A stretch of 64,000 bases of DNA from contig CM106586.1 in assembly GCA_048013815.1 (NCBI GenBank), positions 22,692,001 through 22,756,000 on the forward strand, given 5' to 3'. Numbering within the stretch: the stretch's first letter is position 1; each line of letters begins with the position of its first letter. Of the stretch, positions 26,501 through 40,068 are shown piece after piece. The position numbers and the translations under genes are program-made. Under the pieces are notes generated by a model. The model made no database searches and had not been told where the DNA came from. It worked only from the letters and a program-made list of their open reading frames with translations. The DNA is from Setoptus koraiensis (Eukaryota > Animalia > Arthropoda).

Positions 26501-29194
26501 ACAGCCGGCTGACGGGCACTTCGGATTGGCCCGCCGGCCCGTTGGGCCGCATTTTGCCGACGAGTGGGCGCCGCCCGACGAGTGGCCCGGCTTACCGGCG
26601 GGCGTCGCCGTTGCCTGGCCGCCGCCGCCGCTCGCTCCCGCGGCCGCTCGGCCGCCCACAGCCGGCAGCGGAGCAGCAGACCCGGCCACCATGACATTTG
26701 GCACAAAGCTGGCCGCTGGCGCGGCACTCATCTGGTGCCATTGCTGCCGGTTGGCGGCCGCCGTTATGGCAGCGGCCTGCTTGCTGGCGGCCTCGCTCAT
26801 GGCGCACACAACGGGCGTCAGCGGGCCGTGCGGGTCGGGCGGCCCGCCGCCACCGCCCACCGCAAACTGACCGCTGGACGCCGGTGGACGGCCCGCGGCT
26901 GCCTGGTAGCCGGCCGCCTGGTAGTACTGGCCCACGATGCCCACCGACGGGCTCGCAAACAGCGGTCGCTGGCCAACCGACGACGCCAGCTGATTGAGCG
27001 TGCTTGCGTCGAGCTTGCCGCACTGGGCTCGCTGCGGGCCGGGCTCGGCCGTTGCGCCGCTCGGGGGCGCTGCCGGCCCGACAGCGCACAGGTGAGCGGC
27101 CTTGGCGGGCTCGTCCTGTTTGGTGGGCGCATCCGTTGCTGTTTGCAAATGGGCTCCAATTGAGTGCTCGTTTGACTGTTTGCTGCTGTTGTGCTGCGCC
27201 GCCGGCCGGCCTATATAACGGCCCGCGTACAGTGTGTGCGAACCGGAAGTGCCGGCCAGGCCGCCCGACGCGTGGAAAGCGTGATGCTGCTGCGGGCCGC
27301 CGCCGCATTGCTGATTGTTTGTTGTGGCGCTCGTTGTCTGTTGCATAATCGCGCCCTGATTGCAGCCAGCGCCGGATGTTACGTAATGCTCTATTATGCC
27401 ATTGTCCATTTGGTGCTGCTGCTGACGAGCCGCATAGTAATTGCTGGCCATGTCCAGCTGATTACTGTGCTGACCAATGGGATGGTTCAGGTACAGCTGA
27501 TGGTGGTTGAGATACGCGACGCTTGGTGTCGCCATGGCCGCCTTGATTGGGCTGGGCCCGTTATAGTGCTGCTGCTGCTGTTGATGGTGGTGGTGGTGGT
27601 GCTGTTGTTGGTGGTGCTGATGCTGCTGCTGGAACAGCGCGTCGTCCATAGCTGTGTGCTCCTGCGGGCCGGTCGAGCCCGCCAGCGACGGGTAACCGGT
27701 CAGTTGAGTGGCTGTTGTAGCGGCCGCAAAAGTGTTGTACTGGGCCGTTGCGGCAACTTGTTGGTGCTGCATCATTGTTGCGGCACTATTCACATACCGG
27801 CCGCCGGCCTGGTGGCCGCTCAACGGGCCAACGTTACCCGTGGGCGCGGGGTGCGCCGATGCTGGGCCCATTAGGTGAATGGGGTGTGTGTGGCTGAAGT
27901 GGCGCTGCGGTTGGCTTGGGGCCGCCTGCCCGCCCCCGTTCAAGTCGCCGGGTGCCGGGTCGACAAAGCTGCCCATGGAAGCGGCCGCAATCGGGTTGGT
28001 GGGGGCTGCCGCATTGGACAACGACACCGCCGAAACGGAGGAGCTCGACGACGATGACGAGCACGAGTTGGGGGTGCCGCTCAGCGCTGCACTATCCACG
28101 TGTGAATAGTGGTTAGTGGTAGTGGTTTGGTTGTGCAGTGGCGCCGCCGTGGTGCAGTGTTGCTTTGTCACTGCGCTGTAGTTGTGATACTGTTGTTGTT
28201 GTTGTTGCTGTTGTTGCTGTTGTTGCTGTTGTTGCTGCTGCTCGTTGTTGGCGTAGCTCTGCTGACAGTTGACGGGCGCTGTGTCCGAGTTACGCAACAG
28301 CGAGCTGGCGCCCTCTGTGACTGCGTGCTGGCTCGTCGATGACATGAATGGCAGCTGTTGTTCCAAGTTGCAATTGTTGTTGCTGTTGTTGTTGTTGGCG
28401 TATTGCTGTTGCTGGTAGTGTTGTTGATACTGTTGTTGTTGTTGTTGTTGATGTTGGTGGTGTTGATCGTGGTCGGCGCTGAACAAATTGGCCAGCATCC
28501 CCTGATCGTGGCTACCGTTTCTGGCGCTTGTCAGCGGATCGAGCGTTATTTTGTTGTTGATGCTGTTGTCGTTGATGCTGTTGTTGTCGTCATTGTTGTT
28601 GTTGTTGTTGCCATTATTGCCACTTGTCATAGTTGTCGCCGACGATGATGAACTGGCCCCCGTTGTGCTGCTGGCGTTGTCAACGGCGGCCCCATTGTAG
28701 GCCCGATGTTGCTGTTGCTGCTGTTGATCCAGGTTGTGGGTGTTGTTGTGGTTGCTGTTGTTGTTGTTGTTGCTATGTAACGATGTCGCCGATTGGCGAT
28801 GATAGGTCGCTAGGTGCTGCTCCGATGGCGACGCCGTTGAAGATGTCGCGCTCGAGGGTGTTGTTGCCGTTGGCCTGCCGGTGCCCACTGACGGTGGATA
28901 AAGCGACGGGTACGAGGCATTATAGTGCGAGTTGGCGACATTATCCGAGCTACCGTTGTCCGATAAATTGCTATTGCCACTGGTGCCCATTGTGTGAGCG
29001 CCCAAAATAGTGTCGCCGGCCAAAATCATGGAGGCCAGCGAGTCGCAATTGGTTGCGATTGTCGGAAATGTGAAACCGGCCGCCACCAAACTGGTTTGCT
29101 GTTGCTGTTGCATACTGTCAATCATATCCAATCCGGTCAGAGTAGAGCAGCCGTACGAGGGCGCATTGCAGTCGGTGAATTGGTGCGCGGCCAT
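23502..29194 (-). CDS. acj6: Class IV POU-homeodomain transcription factor (Acj6/Brn-3/Unc-86 family), ~1836 aa; exons 29194-26175 and 25992-23502
   Basis: POU-specific domain [71 protein letters not shown], split by a phase-2 intron 26174-25993 (GTGAGT...TGTCAG). Homeodomain RRKRTSIASSEKRSLEAYF...VRVWFCNQRQKQKR is POU4-type. First in-frame ATG is 29194; an upstream exon is possible. Confidence 0.93.
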
Positions 29195-30752
29195 CGCTGC
29201 CAATTGGCGCTTGACCAGCTCAACTGGCTCAATCAATTAATTGGCTTGATTAACGAGTGACAGCGCTTGTATTTAGTGATTTATGACGGCAGTCTGAGAG
29301 CGCGAGGTTGATACAGGGGGAGAGACAGGGTTGAGAAGGGAGCAAAGAGTGTGAATTTATTGACTGATTGAGCACCACTGTGACAGCTTAAACTGAGACG
29401 AAAATCGATCGACAGATATAGATTTGAGCGGCCCAAATTGAACAAAAATTGCCAACAAAAATTTCATTTTCGCCATTGGTCAAAATCGAATCGGCCGTGT
29501 CATTCATTGGATAGATCCATCAGATCATGAGCTGTGTCCAAGAGCAAATTCGCGCCAATAAAGTCGCCTATGAATTGAGAGTGATTACGCGACAATTATT
29601 AAACCGCAGCACCAACTGAGGCCCACAGACCGATGGGCCGGGCGACAGCGGGTCAGTGCGGAGGCTCATTTGTGGCGCACACCGTTTGCGGCACCCGACC
29701 GTTCGGGTTTGAGCACCCTCGGCACGGGTTTAATGGGCGCGAAACGAGCCCAAGTTTAAGTGGGCCCATACCACTACATGTGGCATAACTGTACAATATA
29801 CATGTAACTGCATAATATACGTGTAATATTGTGGCATAAATTAACTTGTTTATATTGTTTGTCCGTATCAGCGTGCGTTATGCAACGTCCGGCCCGCGTT
29901 ACGCAACGTCCGGCCTGCGTTGTGCAACGTCCGGGCCCCGCATGTGAACGGTGGGCGTGCTCACAATCATAATAATGATAATAGTTGGCGGTATCATTAT
30001 GATTGCTATTATCATAATGATCGTTAAATGTTAACATATTGGCCACTGGCCGGCGTAACAAGGTAACCGGGTCGGCGGCTCGTGGCACGAGCTCACTTGC
30101 CGACTCGGTTTCGCTGGCAATCGCTGGCACGTTGGCCGCAGCGATTGTGCACGTACCCAGTGATGGCAAACAGCGCTCGTCGAGATTGAAACTAATTTCA
30201 GTCCCAACGAGCGCCGCTAATTGATTCATGGGATTTGATTGCGACGCTACCTAGTGGCTGCGTTGCGACAGCGGCGGTGGCATCGCAACGCTAGTTAGAT
30301 TAGATTGGGCCACTGACCGACGGCGCCATCGCCAACAGCGACAACAACGACAACAACAGCAGCAACGACAACAACAGCAGCAACAACAGCAACAACAGTA
30401 ACAACGACAACGGCAACAACGAGCCCGCTGATGAGCGCCCAATTGAGCTAATTTGTATTTTTAAATTACAAATCAACGTGATGTGACTACTACTGTTTGC
30501 ACGCGCTCGCGCGTTATTGCACTCGAGCTGCACTTGAGTTGGTGCACGTGCTCACCGTGCGGCCGGCACGTAGGCATTAGCGTTGGTGCAGTGACAGCAA
30601 TCACAACAGTGCATTGACAATGCTTGTTACTTATATTGTTTGTTTGCTAGCTTGTTGGTTGCCAGTTGCTTTGTTTGGCCGAAATTGCATTTGAATGCTA
30701 ATTAGTGTGTCACAATGTAATCACTTTTGCCGTGCTGGCACGAGCCACAACA

Positions 30753-30848
30753 ATCTGGCCACTCGCTTGTCCCGTGATCTGGCCACTCGGTTGTCCCTTG
30801 ATCTGGCCACTCGGTTGTCCCGTGATCTGGCCACTTGGCTGTCCCGTG
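30753..30848. repeat. Tandem repeat, 4 x 24 bp (ATCTGGCCACTCGGTTGTCCCGTG)
   Basis: Four near-identical units read directly. Confidence 0.9.
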
Positions 30849-31194
30849 AGAGCCAAGTCGCCTATCCGGTCAGCGGTCAAGCCCGACCGGTCGACCGCTG
30901 AAACTGGACTGCACTGCCGACGAGATTGCGGCCGGTCGTCAGTGTCCAGTTGGTCAGTTGGCCAACTGGCGGCATCTGACTGACTAATAATCTGACGGCT
31001 AAGTGACAGTATCAGCTGATTGGCTGCTGCCACTAGGGGCTGTGTGACTTGTGACAGTCGCTGGCCGTTGGCTGTCGAACAACTTGTGTGACTCACAAGC
31101 TGATGCAACAGCGCACAGTGACAGATGTGCGCAGGCGACAATGAAATTGAAATTGAAACTCAAACAATGACAGCGCCATCGACTTATATCCAAT

Positions 31195-31282
31195 CAGATG
31201 ACGGCCGATCGAGTGACGGCCAGTCGAGTGACGGCCAATCGAGTGACGGCCAACGAGTGACGGCCGATCGAGTGACGGCCAG
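31195..31282. repeat. Tandem repeat, ~15-bp unit (GATCGAGTGACGGCC), 5-6 degenerate copies
   Basis: Read directly. Confidence 0.85.
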
Positions 31283-32219
31283 TGAGCTGAAACGGAAACT
31301 GGATCAAAAATGCGATTAACGAGCGTACCTTTTGTTGTGTGATGAGCCAATCAGTCGAATCGGTCGAATCGGTCGAATCAGTCGAATCGGTTGAATCAGT
31401 TGAATCAGTGGCGCAGTTTGCGACAGTTGCGCGTAGCACGTGTTTGTTGCACAGAGATGTAACTGTTTGTTGTGGCGAGATGCGTCTGACACGAGTTGTG
31501 AGGGGTCAAGTGTGTGTATCACTAGCGGCCCGTGTGTGTGTGTGTGTGTGTCGTAATAGGTTATGTAAGTGTGCGGTAATAGGCAATGAAACATTTATTA
31601 GATCATCAATATTTGCAAGTATTTCCATTAGCTTCTAGTCGCTTGTATTCAATATTAATAACTTGTCGTGGTGGTCGTCGTTGTTGCTGTTGTTGCTGTT
31701 GTTGCGCGTGTAATCGATGAATATTTAAGTTGATTACCTAACGGTTACTTGTGGCGGCCGCAGTGTGTGTTAGCTGTGTCAGTTGCGGTGTGATAGCGGC
31801 ATTCCGGATGCTCTCATACATGAATGAATTCCATAAATGATGATTCATGAATGAATGAATGAATGAATGACTGAATGACTGAATGAATGACTGTATGTAT
31901 GTATGAATATTTACATTGTTAAATGGGCAGCGCTAAACGGGGCTCGCGCTGGCATGTCGTCGTTGTTTTTATTCTTGAATATCCGAATGCACAAAATAAG
32001 CGCAGTAATCATTACCGATCATTAAAGATAATCACACACCGTTTGATATTCATTCAATCATGCTCACTGTTCATCATTGTTTGCATGCTCGCAACAACAA
32101 CACCGACAACACCGACAACAACACCGACAACAGCGACAGGCTTGCATAACATCATTAGCTGTTATTACCTGGTTGCGTCACCGTGTCTCTAGTTACTGTG
32201 TGCATGTATCAGTGCATGC

Positions 32220-32222
<3 letters not shown>

Positions 32223-32252
<30 letters not shown>
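32223..32252. repeat. (GT)n microsatellite
   Basis: Visible pure GT run. Confidence 0.9.
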
Positions 32253-32253
<1 letters not shown>

Positions 32254-32440
32254 CTATAAATTATTAAAACTATTATCCGCTGTTTGTGCCGCATCATCTT
32301 AATCACTCACTGATTTACCGTTACACAAACTCTTGCTCACTGTTGCTCACTGGCACCCACTGCTCGCGGGCCCCAGGCTAATCAGCTGGCTTGTTGTTGT
32401 TGTGGCTGTTGTTGTCGTTGCTGTTGTTGTCGTCGATGTT

Positions 32441-32471
<31 letters not shown>

Positions 32472-34649
32472 TTGCTGTTGTTGCTGTTGTTGTTGTTGTT
32501 AAATAATGCGCCCAAATATATCACTCGAATGGAAATAAAATGAGCCAGCGACGACTATTCATACTATTACTTGCATACTGCTTATGCATGCATACATATT
32601 ATAGGTGTGCTATACCGTGTTCCACGCCGCCCGCGTACATATAAATAAATATATACCGCTCATATACCGCGAGCGCGCCTACCCGCCACACATACACGGC
32701 CTACTTGTATTGTGGATATATAGCGGGTATGCGGCGGGTATATAGCGGATATATTGCAGGGTATGTGGCGGATATATGGCAGGGTATGTGACGGGTGTAT
32801 AGCGGATATATGGCAGGGTATGCGGCGGGTGTATAGCGATTATTAATCAGCTACTATTGCTATTATTCATCGGTTGACCATGCAAAACAATGTTTAATTT
32901 ATGATTGAAGTGACTCTTATATTTGGCGGCGCTCCGATCGCCAGTTGATGATGTCTGCTCTTGTTTACGGTCACCACTTGTGCGCGCTGCCGACGCCTCG
33001 TTCAGCCAGCTCGCAACTGCACTCACAGTTGCGCTTGACACAAAAACGCCCGTTACGTAACCCTCCGTCGCCATACGACTGTCATAGCAGTCGGACTGTG
33101 TGTGCGTGCGTGTGTGCGTGTGCGTGTGTGCGATATTAATAAACACGCGGCACGCGCAGAGAGATTGCGCAACTGGCAGCGCGTGCTCATGCAAACAAGT
33201 GGCGTGAGTCGCACAACGTGGCACCGCTGGCACCACTGGTGATTTATGGCCCAACTAGCGATAGCCCGTGGCGCAACACTCATGCGATCGCGTGCAAACA
33301 AGGTGCCACCTGTCCTGTCGCGCTGACTGCGCCACACGCTCGCGCGACACACAGTCATGCGCGCGCCCTCTCAGGTGAGTTACCTGTCGAACGCGGCTAT
33401 TGGTGTCGCGTTCGTGCGCCGTTTGGCCGTTCGGCTGCTCGGCCGCTCGGCTGGCAGCACCATGTCGCCGCCGGTCGGATGTGAGCGGCCGCATCTACCC
33501 GCGGCCGTGTGACGAGGCACCCAGCGAGAGCCACCAAACGAGCGCGTTGTCACACGAATTATCTAGTTACGGCGATCGCACGTTGCGCCGCGACACGCCA
33601 GCCCATCGATGCGGCGCGCGCGCGTGCAGGTCGATAGGTCAAATGGTGCCGTTATTGCATAATAGCTTGCCCATTACGTAATGACGCCATTGTGTGTGAG
33701 TGTGTGTGTGTCGGGCCAGATATTGGCCGCCGCACATTGCGGTGGCTGGCAACGGTCGGTTGTTGGTTGGGCGCTGACAGATGGACGCTCGCATCATCAG
33801 TCGCTGTTGTTGTTGTTGCTGTTGTTGTTGCGTAATGATGTGGTGCTGTCCGTCTGTCATAATCATCATTGTTGCGCAACTAACCTGCGACTGCCATAAT
33901 GATGCCCTTCGAGGCCGCTGGCCGCCGCTGTCGTCGTTGTTGCTGTCGCCGTTGTTGCCGTCGCCGCTGCTGCTGTCGCCGTTGTTGCTGTCGCCGCTGC
34001 TGCTGTCGCCGTTGTTGCTGTCGCCGTTGTTGCTGGCGCGTGTGAGCGGGCCGGAATGCGGCGCGTATCGCCGACATCACGAGCCGGGCCGCAACTCGTG
34101 CAACTCGCCCGACCAGCCCGACCAGCCCGACTCGCCAAACTCGCCAAACTCGCCAAACTGCACGCCATACGCAACTGAGTATGAGCAACCACATCCGCTG
34201 TGCGCGCCACATCTCGTGCCCAGTCTCGGCAATCGGCCCGCGTGCCAGCTCCGTCCGCGCTCTGTGCTGGCTAGACCGGGCCGCAACCCAAGCGGCGGAC
34301 GCAGCGGACGAGGCGGACACGGCGGACGAGATAGCCATCTCAACAACTGGCCAGAGTCAACGGCACGACACAATCATCGCGCTGAGTGTGGCACTTGCCC
34401 GTGAACAGCGACCGCTGCACGTGCTGCACCCCCCGCGCGCGAGTCGTGCGGTGCGCTATTGGTTTTTCAATAGTTTAATCTTGAATAATGGATTCTCTAC
34501 GCGCGCATTACATAATGGCTTACGTAATACAAATCGACAGGCCCAAAAGTGCAAACTTGCTGCCAGCGAGTTGCACAACTCAATAAACGTAACTTTGCCC
34601 GCTCGCCACTTTCGCTCGCTGTCTGGCCGCCGCGGTCGTTGCGGTTGTT

Positions 34650-34782
34650 GTTATTTCTGTTGTTGTTGCTGTTGTTGTTGCTGTTGTTGTTGCTGTTGTT
34701 GTTGCTGTTGTTGTTGCTGTTGTTGTTGCTGTTGTTGTTGCTGTTGTTGTTGCTGTTGTTGTTATTGCTGTTGTTGTTGTCG
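34650..34782. repeat. Compound (TTG/CTG) minisatellite, 12-bp unit TTGTTGTTGCTG
   Basis: About ten regular units; produces the poly-C, poly-L and poly-T ORF-track artefacts. Confidence 0.9.
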
Positions 34783-35389
34783 CGGTTGCTGTCGCGGTTG
34801 TTGCGGTTGCTGCTGTTGCGCTAGTTGTTACGCTAGTTGTTACGCTTGTTGTTGTTGTTGTTGTTGGGCACGATGCTGACAACTGGCAAACACACTGACA
34901 AATTACAGTGTCGGCCGCCAGGGCCCTGAGCCGCGGTCGTATCAGTGCCGCCGGTGGTGCAGTGTCAGTGTGCCACTTTCCGCTGAAAAGTGCCCCTTGC
35001 CGTTGCTGTTGTCGTTGCTGTTGCTGGCGTTGTTGCTGCACAACTTCGAGTGCCAACATTGAACTTTGCGGCCCAATTCCGCTAATTTGTTTTATTGCAA
35101 GCGAGCTTTTTTCAACAGTTTAACTTTATTTTCTGCGGCTTTTTTCCCGCTCGGCCCCTCAGTCCACAATTGGGGCCCATTCGGGGCCCAATGTGAGCCG
35201 CGTGCCGACTGGTGGCTGTTGAGGGCGACCACTCAAGAGAATTGCTTATCGGCCGCCTGCCAAACGCTCTTTGCTCCTCCGCTGCAATGTCGGCCTCAAT
35301 ATTGGCTGGCGCTGCTGGGGCCCCGAGCCACAATATACCGACAATAGCCAGACAAATATACAGAGTATATTTGTCACTCGGGCACAGTA

Positions 35390-35454
35390 TATATTCAGTG
35401 TCTATGTATTCAGTGTCGATGTATTCAGTGTCGATGTATTCAGTGTCGATGTAT
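35390..35454. repeat. Tandem repeat, 4 x 15 bp (GTATTCAGTGTCGAT)
   Basis: Read directly. Confidence 0.9.
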
Positions 35455-38400
35455 GCGGCTAGGGGGCAATGTAGCAATAATGAAGTAATATAGGACAAGC
35501 CACCTATATCGGGCCGTTGGCGAGTCTCGCCGAGCTAAGCCGGGCGAGCTTGCCAGTGGCGAGGGGCGCATGCGTAAATTAACAAATGAAAAGAAGGTGC
35601 CCGGAGGTGGCCTATATTGGTGCAAGACCCCCCCGATACAAACAATGGCACCACCACATGAGCTATTCAGTGCAAGTTGGCTGTCCGGTGGCTCATCAAC
35701 GCGCCAATCAGCGCCATCTTGTCAGCAAAGTTAATTCTTATCGAAGAGGTCAATTTCTATAATACAGTCCAGTTGATTATAAGTTGATTATGTAATGCAG
35801 TGCGCTGCAAGAGTGACTGCCACCTAGCGTACGTTTGTCACGCTATATTGTGTTATATTTGCCGAACCGTCCTAACGACTGACAGCCGACTATCCATGCT
35901 TGACTCATCCACGGTTGACTTATCCATGGCTGACTTATCCATTGTTGACTTATGTCCACTTAGGGGCGCATGTGACGCCAAAGTCAACTCACTAATGTTA
36001 TTGTTGCGCAACAACAACCACCACTGGACAGGTTGTTACCTGGCCACTATTGGCCACCAGTCACACACACACTGGTGACCAGTGTGTGTGTGTGTCAATT
36101 ATTCGATCGATTTACACAGCGCAAATTAACGCACCAAATGGACGTGATAATAAGTCGATTAGTGCACTGCCACGTGACTAATGGCCGGCCGCAGCCTTCA
36201 ATGGCCGAGTGTGTCCGGTCATTATGTCGCTGACCGACCAAGAAGTAGCGAGCTTATTTATGTCGCAGCCGGCCGGCCAGCGAATGAATAAATAAATGGC
36301 CCTCTACTGGCCATAAATGCTAGCTACTAACGACATATAAATCTTCTTCTGGATAATTCTTCTTCGCGCGCGCATATCGGACATGGCGCGGCCGGATATG
36401 GCGCGGTCGGATATAGCGCGGTCGGACATGGCGAATATGCGCGCACTGACAGCGCGACGCAATTGTGTGCGGCGCTCAAATAGAGCCCATCAAACCATAG
36501 AGCACACTCAGCTCGGACACGCTGGCCACGAGCTGCAGCTCCCAACACTAACGAGCGGCCATCGCGAGTGCAATGTTATGTAATGGACGTATCGCCGTTG
36601 CGTCGGTGTGCCGACCGTCGGGCATCTAATGCGGGCCGGCTAATGAACAGCTCAAGGTGATAGCGGTAATTGTTAGCCAATCTGGCACTCTCAACAAGTT
36701 CACCTGAATTATACATCATTATGTGTCATTTGTTGGCGCTCATTGTCTTACTGTCTCATTGTGTCGCTGTGTCGTTGTCTCGTTGTCTTACTGTCGCACT
36801 GTGTGCGCGTGTCGGGCCACAACAAATTTGCGCGTGTTTTGTCCGATGGGTGTCGTCGTCGGTCGTTGTGGGCCGTCGCCACTGTTGCCATTGTCGGCGA
36901 GTGGTCAGCGCTCGCGGCGACACTGGCCGTAGCATAATGTCCACTCAATGAGCCAGATTGGACCGGGTTGCTCGTTAGCAGTGGCACTGTCACCCACGCC
37001 ACTGATAACGAGATAACGGCACTGGAATGGCCCCGCCAACATAAATCAAACAACTGACCACTTGGGTGCGCTGCCGCCTGCGACCTGGCGCACTTGGCTA
37101 ATTTGCTAATGCATTCTCTCTAATGCACTCACTTGACTCTGGCCCCGGAGCTACCACGGGCCGCACTGTGCGCCGGACCGCGGGCCGCACCACGGCCCAT
37201 GGCACAGGTAATGGTGGCACCACTGCCGACAATTATATTATATTGTGAGCTAACGAGCCGGCACAGGTGAGCCGGCCCTATAATGTGCCGGCGGTGGCAT
37301 ATGGCGATCGAGTGGTCAGTTAATCAGTTTTCGTTGTGCAAACTCATTATTATTGCACTGATTGACCACTGCAAGTTGCCGAGCTCGAGCGAGGCGCCAT
37401 CTGCCTGCACAAACAAACACTGCCACTCATTTGCATCGCGCCAGATGGCGCCTCGCTCGCCGCAAACTAACTCGCTAGCTACCAACTCGCCAGTGCCAAC
37501 TTCGAGCCGCCAATGCTTGTAAATATCCGTATTTCCATTAAATATAATCTGCGGCTGCCTGTCAAGTGTGACAAGTCACTTGTCGCAACCGGTTGTTTGT
37601 ACACTCGATATCTGACACGAAAAATTATCTGCATTACATATATTTATATGTATAAACTGATTTGGTTTGTAGGCAAGATAAGTGGCTCGCCAGCGAGGTC
37701 GCAGCGAGCCAGATAAGCCGACAATTACGGCGGCCGGCGCCGTTCTAAATGGACGAGTTACAAGTGAAGGGAGTCGCGTTCGGAGTTGAAGTGGCTCCAT
37801 TGTCGAGACGTTTGCACTTGCAGTTGGGCTGATATCTGGATATTCGTATATCTGGATATTTGTATATCTGGATTTTTGTATATCTGGATATTTGTATATC
37901 GGGATATCAGGCGACTGGGGGATATTTGCATTGTGACTATTGCGACCATTGTGAGTATTGTGACTATTGTGAGTGGGGATATTCGTGTTGCGACGAGCAA
38001 ACATTTGAATATTTGTAGCGCAGATTGGCCGTTCGAGGGCGCCAAGTGAGTTGTAACGAGACCGCGCAGACCAGTTACGAGACAGGGCTCCGGTGGCTGA
38101 CAAAAGTCGCAAATTGCATCCAAATTGCTGCGTCTAACCAATGTCAGCCGGTGGCGAGGCCATTAACGCAATCATTGATTGAACGGGACGCCAATCGGCT
38201 GTGTCAGCCAGTGCACAATGCGGCCAATGCGCGATATCGCTGCAAACTGATTGCCGCCGCCAAGCGACCAAACGCAACACAAACAGATCTAATATGAATA
38301 TCTGGCACACATTCGTTACATTTCGCTACAATATATCTATTCGCTACAATATATCCATTCGCCGCACCGTGCCTCTCGTTGCGATACGCCGCTCCGTTGC

Positions 38401-39962
38401 GATGCGCCGCTCCGTTGCAACGGCGCCTTGCCGGTCGCCCTCACTTATGCGATGCAACTTATACGATATCACATAAGTGCTTGCGTTACGCGGCGTCGAG
38501 GTGCCGAGATTGATAGACAGTGTGAGAGCGATTCAATCGCAATGAGCCAATCGGAGTGAGCCAATCGAGCGAGATTCGGTCTGAATGAGCCAGAAATTGC
38601 GTGGCGAGTAATTGACGTCAATCAATCTTGCATTTGCCATATTTATTAGCAGTGTCGTTGTTGGCTGGCAAGCTAACTGCCACCAGAGCCTAGTGACGAG
38701 ACGCACAACTAGCGCTGGCTACATTTCGCAGCGGTGAAGGGCACAGTGGCGGCCATTACCATTAATCATCGAGGCTGTCGGCGTTGTCTAGGCAACGGTC
38801 GCTTATCTGCTGCCAGCGACACTGGCGACCAAAAAAGCAGCCAAACAAGCGGCCAAACAAGCGGCCAAACAAGCGGCAAAACTGGCAGCAAAACCGACAG
38901 AAATAACTGACAGAAATAACTGCAATGGGGCGAACAAGTTTGAACGATCGAGAACGAAATCGCTCGCCATCAATGATACATTTGCGGCGATTCGCGGTCG
39001 ATCGTTGGCGCGCAATCCCAATAGCGATCCCATTCATTGTTGGCTCACCTTGGTCGCCGGCCTAGTTCGGCCTCTCTCGGCCTCAGCGGTCTCGGCGGCC
39101 TCGGCGGCGGCCACCTACCGGCCGTTTTACGGTTGCATCGCAGTTGTACAACTGCAAAAGCGACTGTGTAAACGACGACAACGGCCCACATGAAACATTC
39201 AACATGAGCCACGACATGTTAATAAGTTGGCCGCCAGGTGATGCCGGTCGGCGGGTCGGCCGGTCGGCGGGTCGGTCGGCCGGTTGGGCTGGTGCCAACG
39301 TAATGATTGTCGCGCACGCCACTGACATTGTGGCGGGCACATATTGCAGCATAAGTGTCATTATTATTTGCTTGTATGTATTGCCTGAATATTGCGTGTA
39401 TTGGTGGTGCAAAAATAAATGCTTGATAGTGTATCGTCAACAGATAAACAGCAAATAACAGCAAAAGAGTCAAGTATCAGTAGTGACAGTTTTGGCGCAT
39501 TATTACGTCGGCGTCATTGCTGTTGGCGCCTTCACCTTGACAATCAATCACGCCGTGGTGTCGTTGCGTAAGTGTCGCATCGATACTCGATACCCCGAGC
39601 ACAGATTGGCTGGCACCTCTACTCTCCATAACACTGCTGCCTGAAGCAATGCTACTACTCTAAAACACTGCTGCGGCTCTCTATCTGAATAGCTGCTGCA
39701 ACTCTCTATCTGATCTGTGAATGGGTGCTGCAACTTTCTAGCGCTCTCATGGGCGCTCTCCATCAGTCGACGGTCCGACAGAATCGCAAATGCGGATCCA
39801 TTGTGCGCAAGAGGCAAGCGAAACGCGAAACGCGAAACGAGCGTCAAGTCGAGCCGAGGGGTCAACAGCAACCCCGATGAGCACAACCGATGATTGAATA
39901 TTGCCCACGAATCGCACGCAAAATATCGCCAGTCGCCGCTTCGAATCTCAATTCCAAATTCA

Positions 39963-40068
39963 GAATTCGAAATCCAAAACAAAATTCGAAATTCGAAATC
40001 CAAAACAAAATTCGAAATTCGAAATCCAAAACAAAATTCGAAATTCACAACAAAATTCGAAATTCGAA
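39963..40068. repeat. Tandem repeat, ~26-bp unit (AATTCGAAATTCGAAATCCAAAACAA), ~3.5 copies
   Basis: Read directly; rich in TTCGAA palindromes. Confidence 0.88.
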
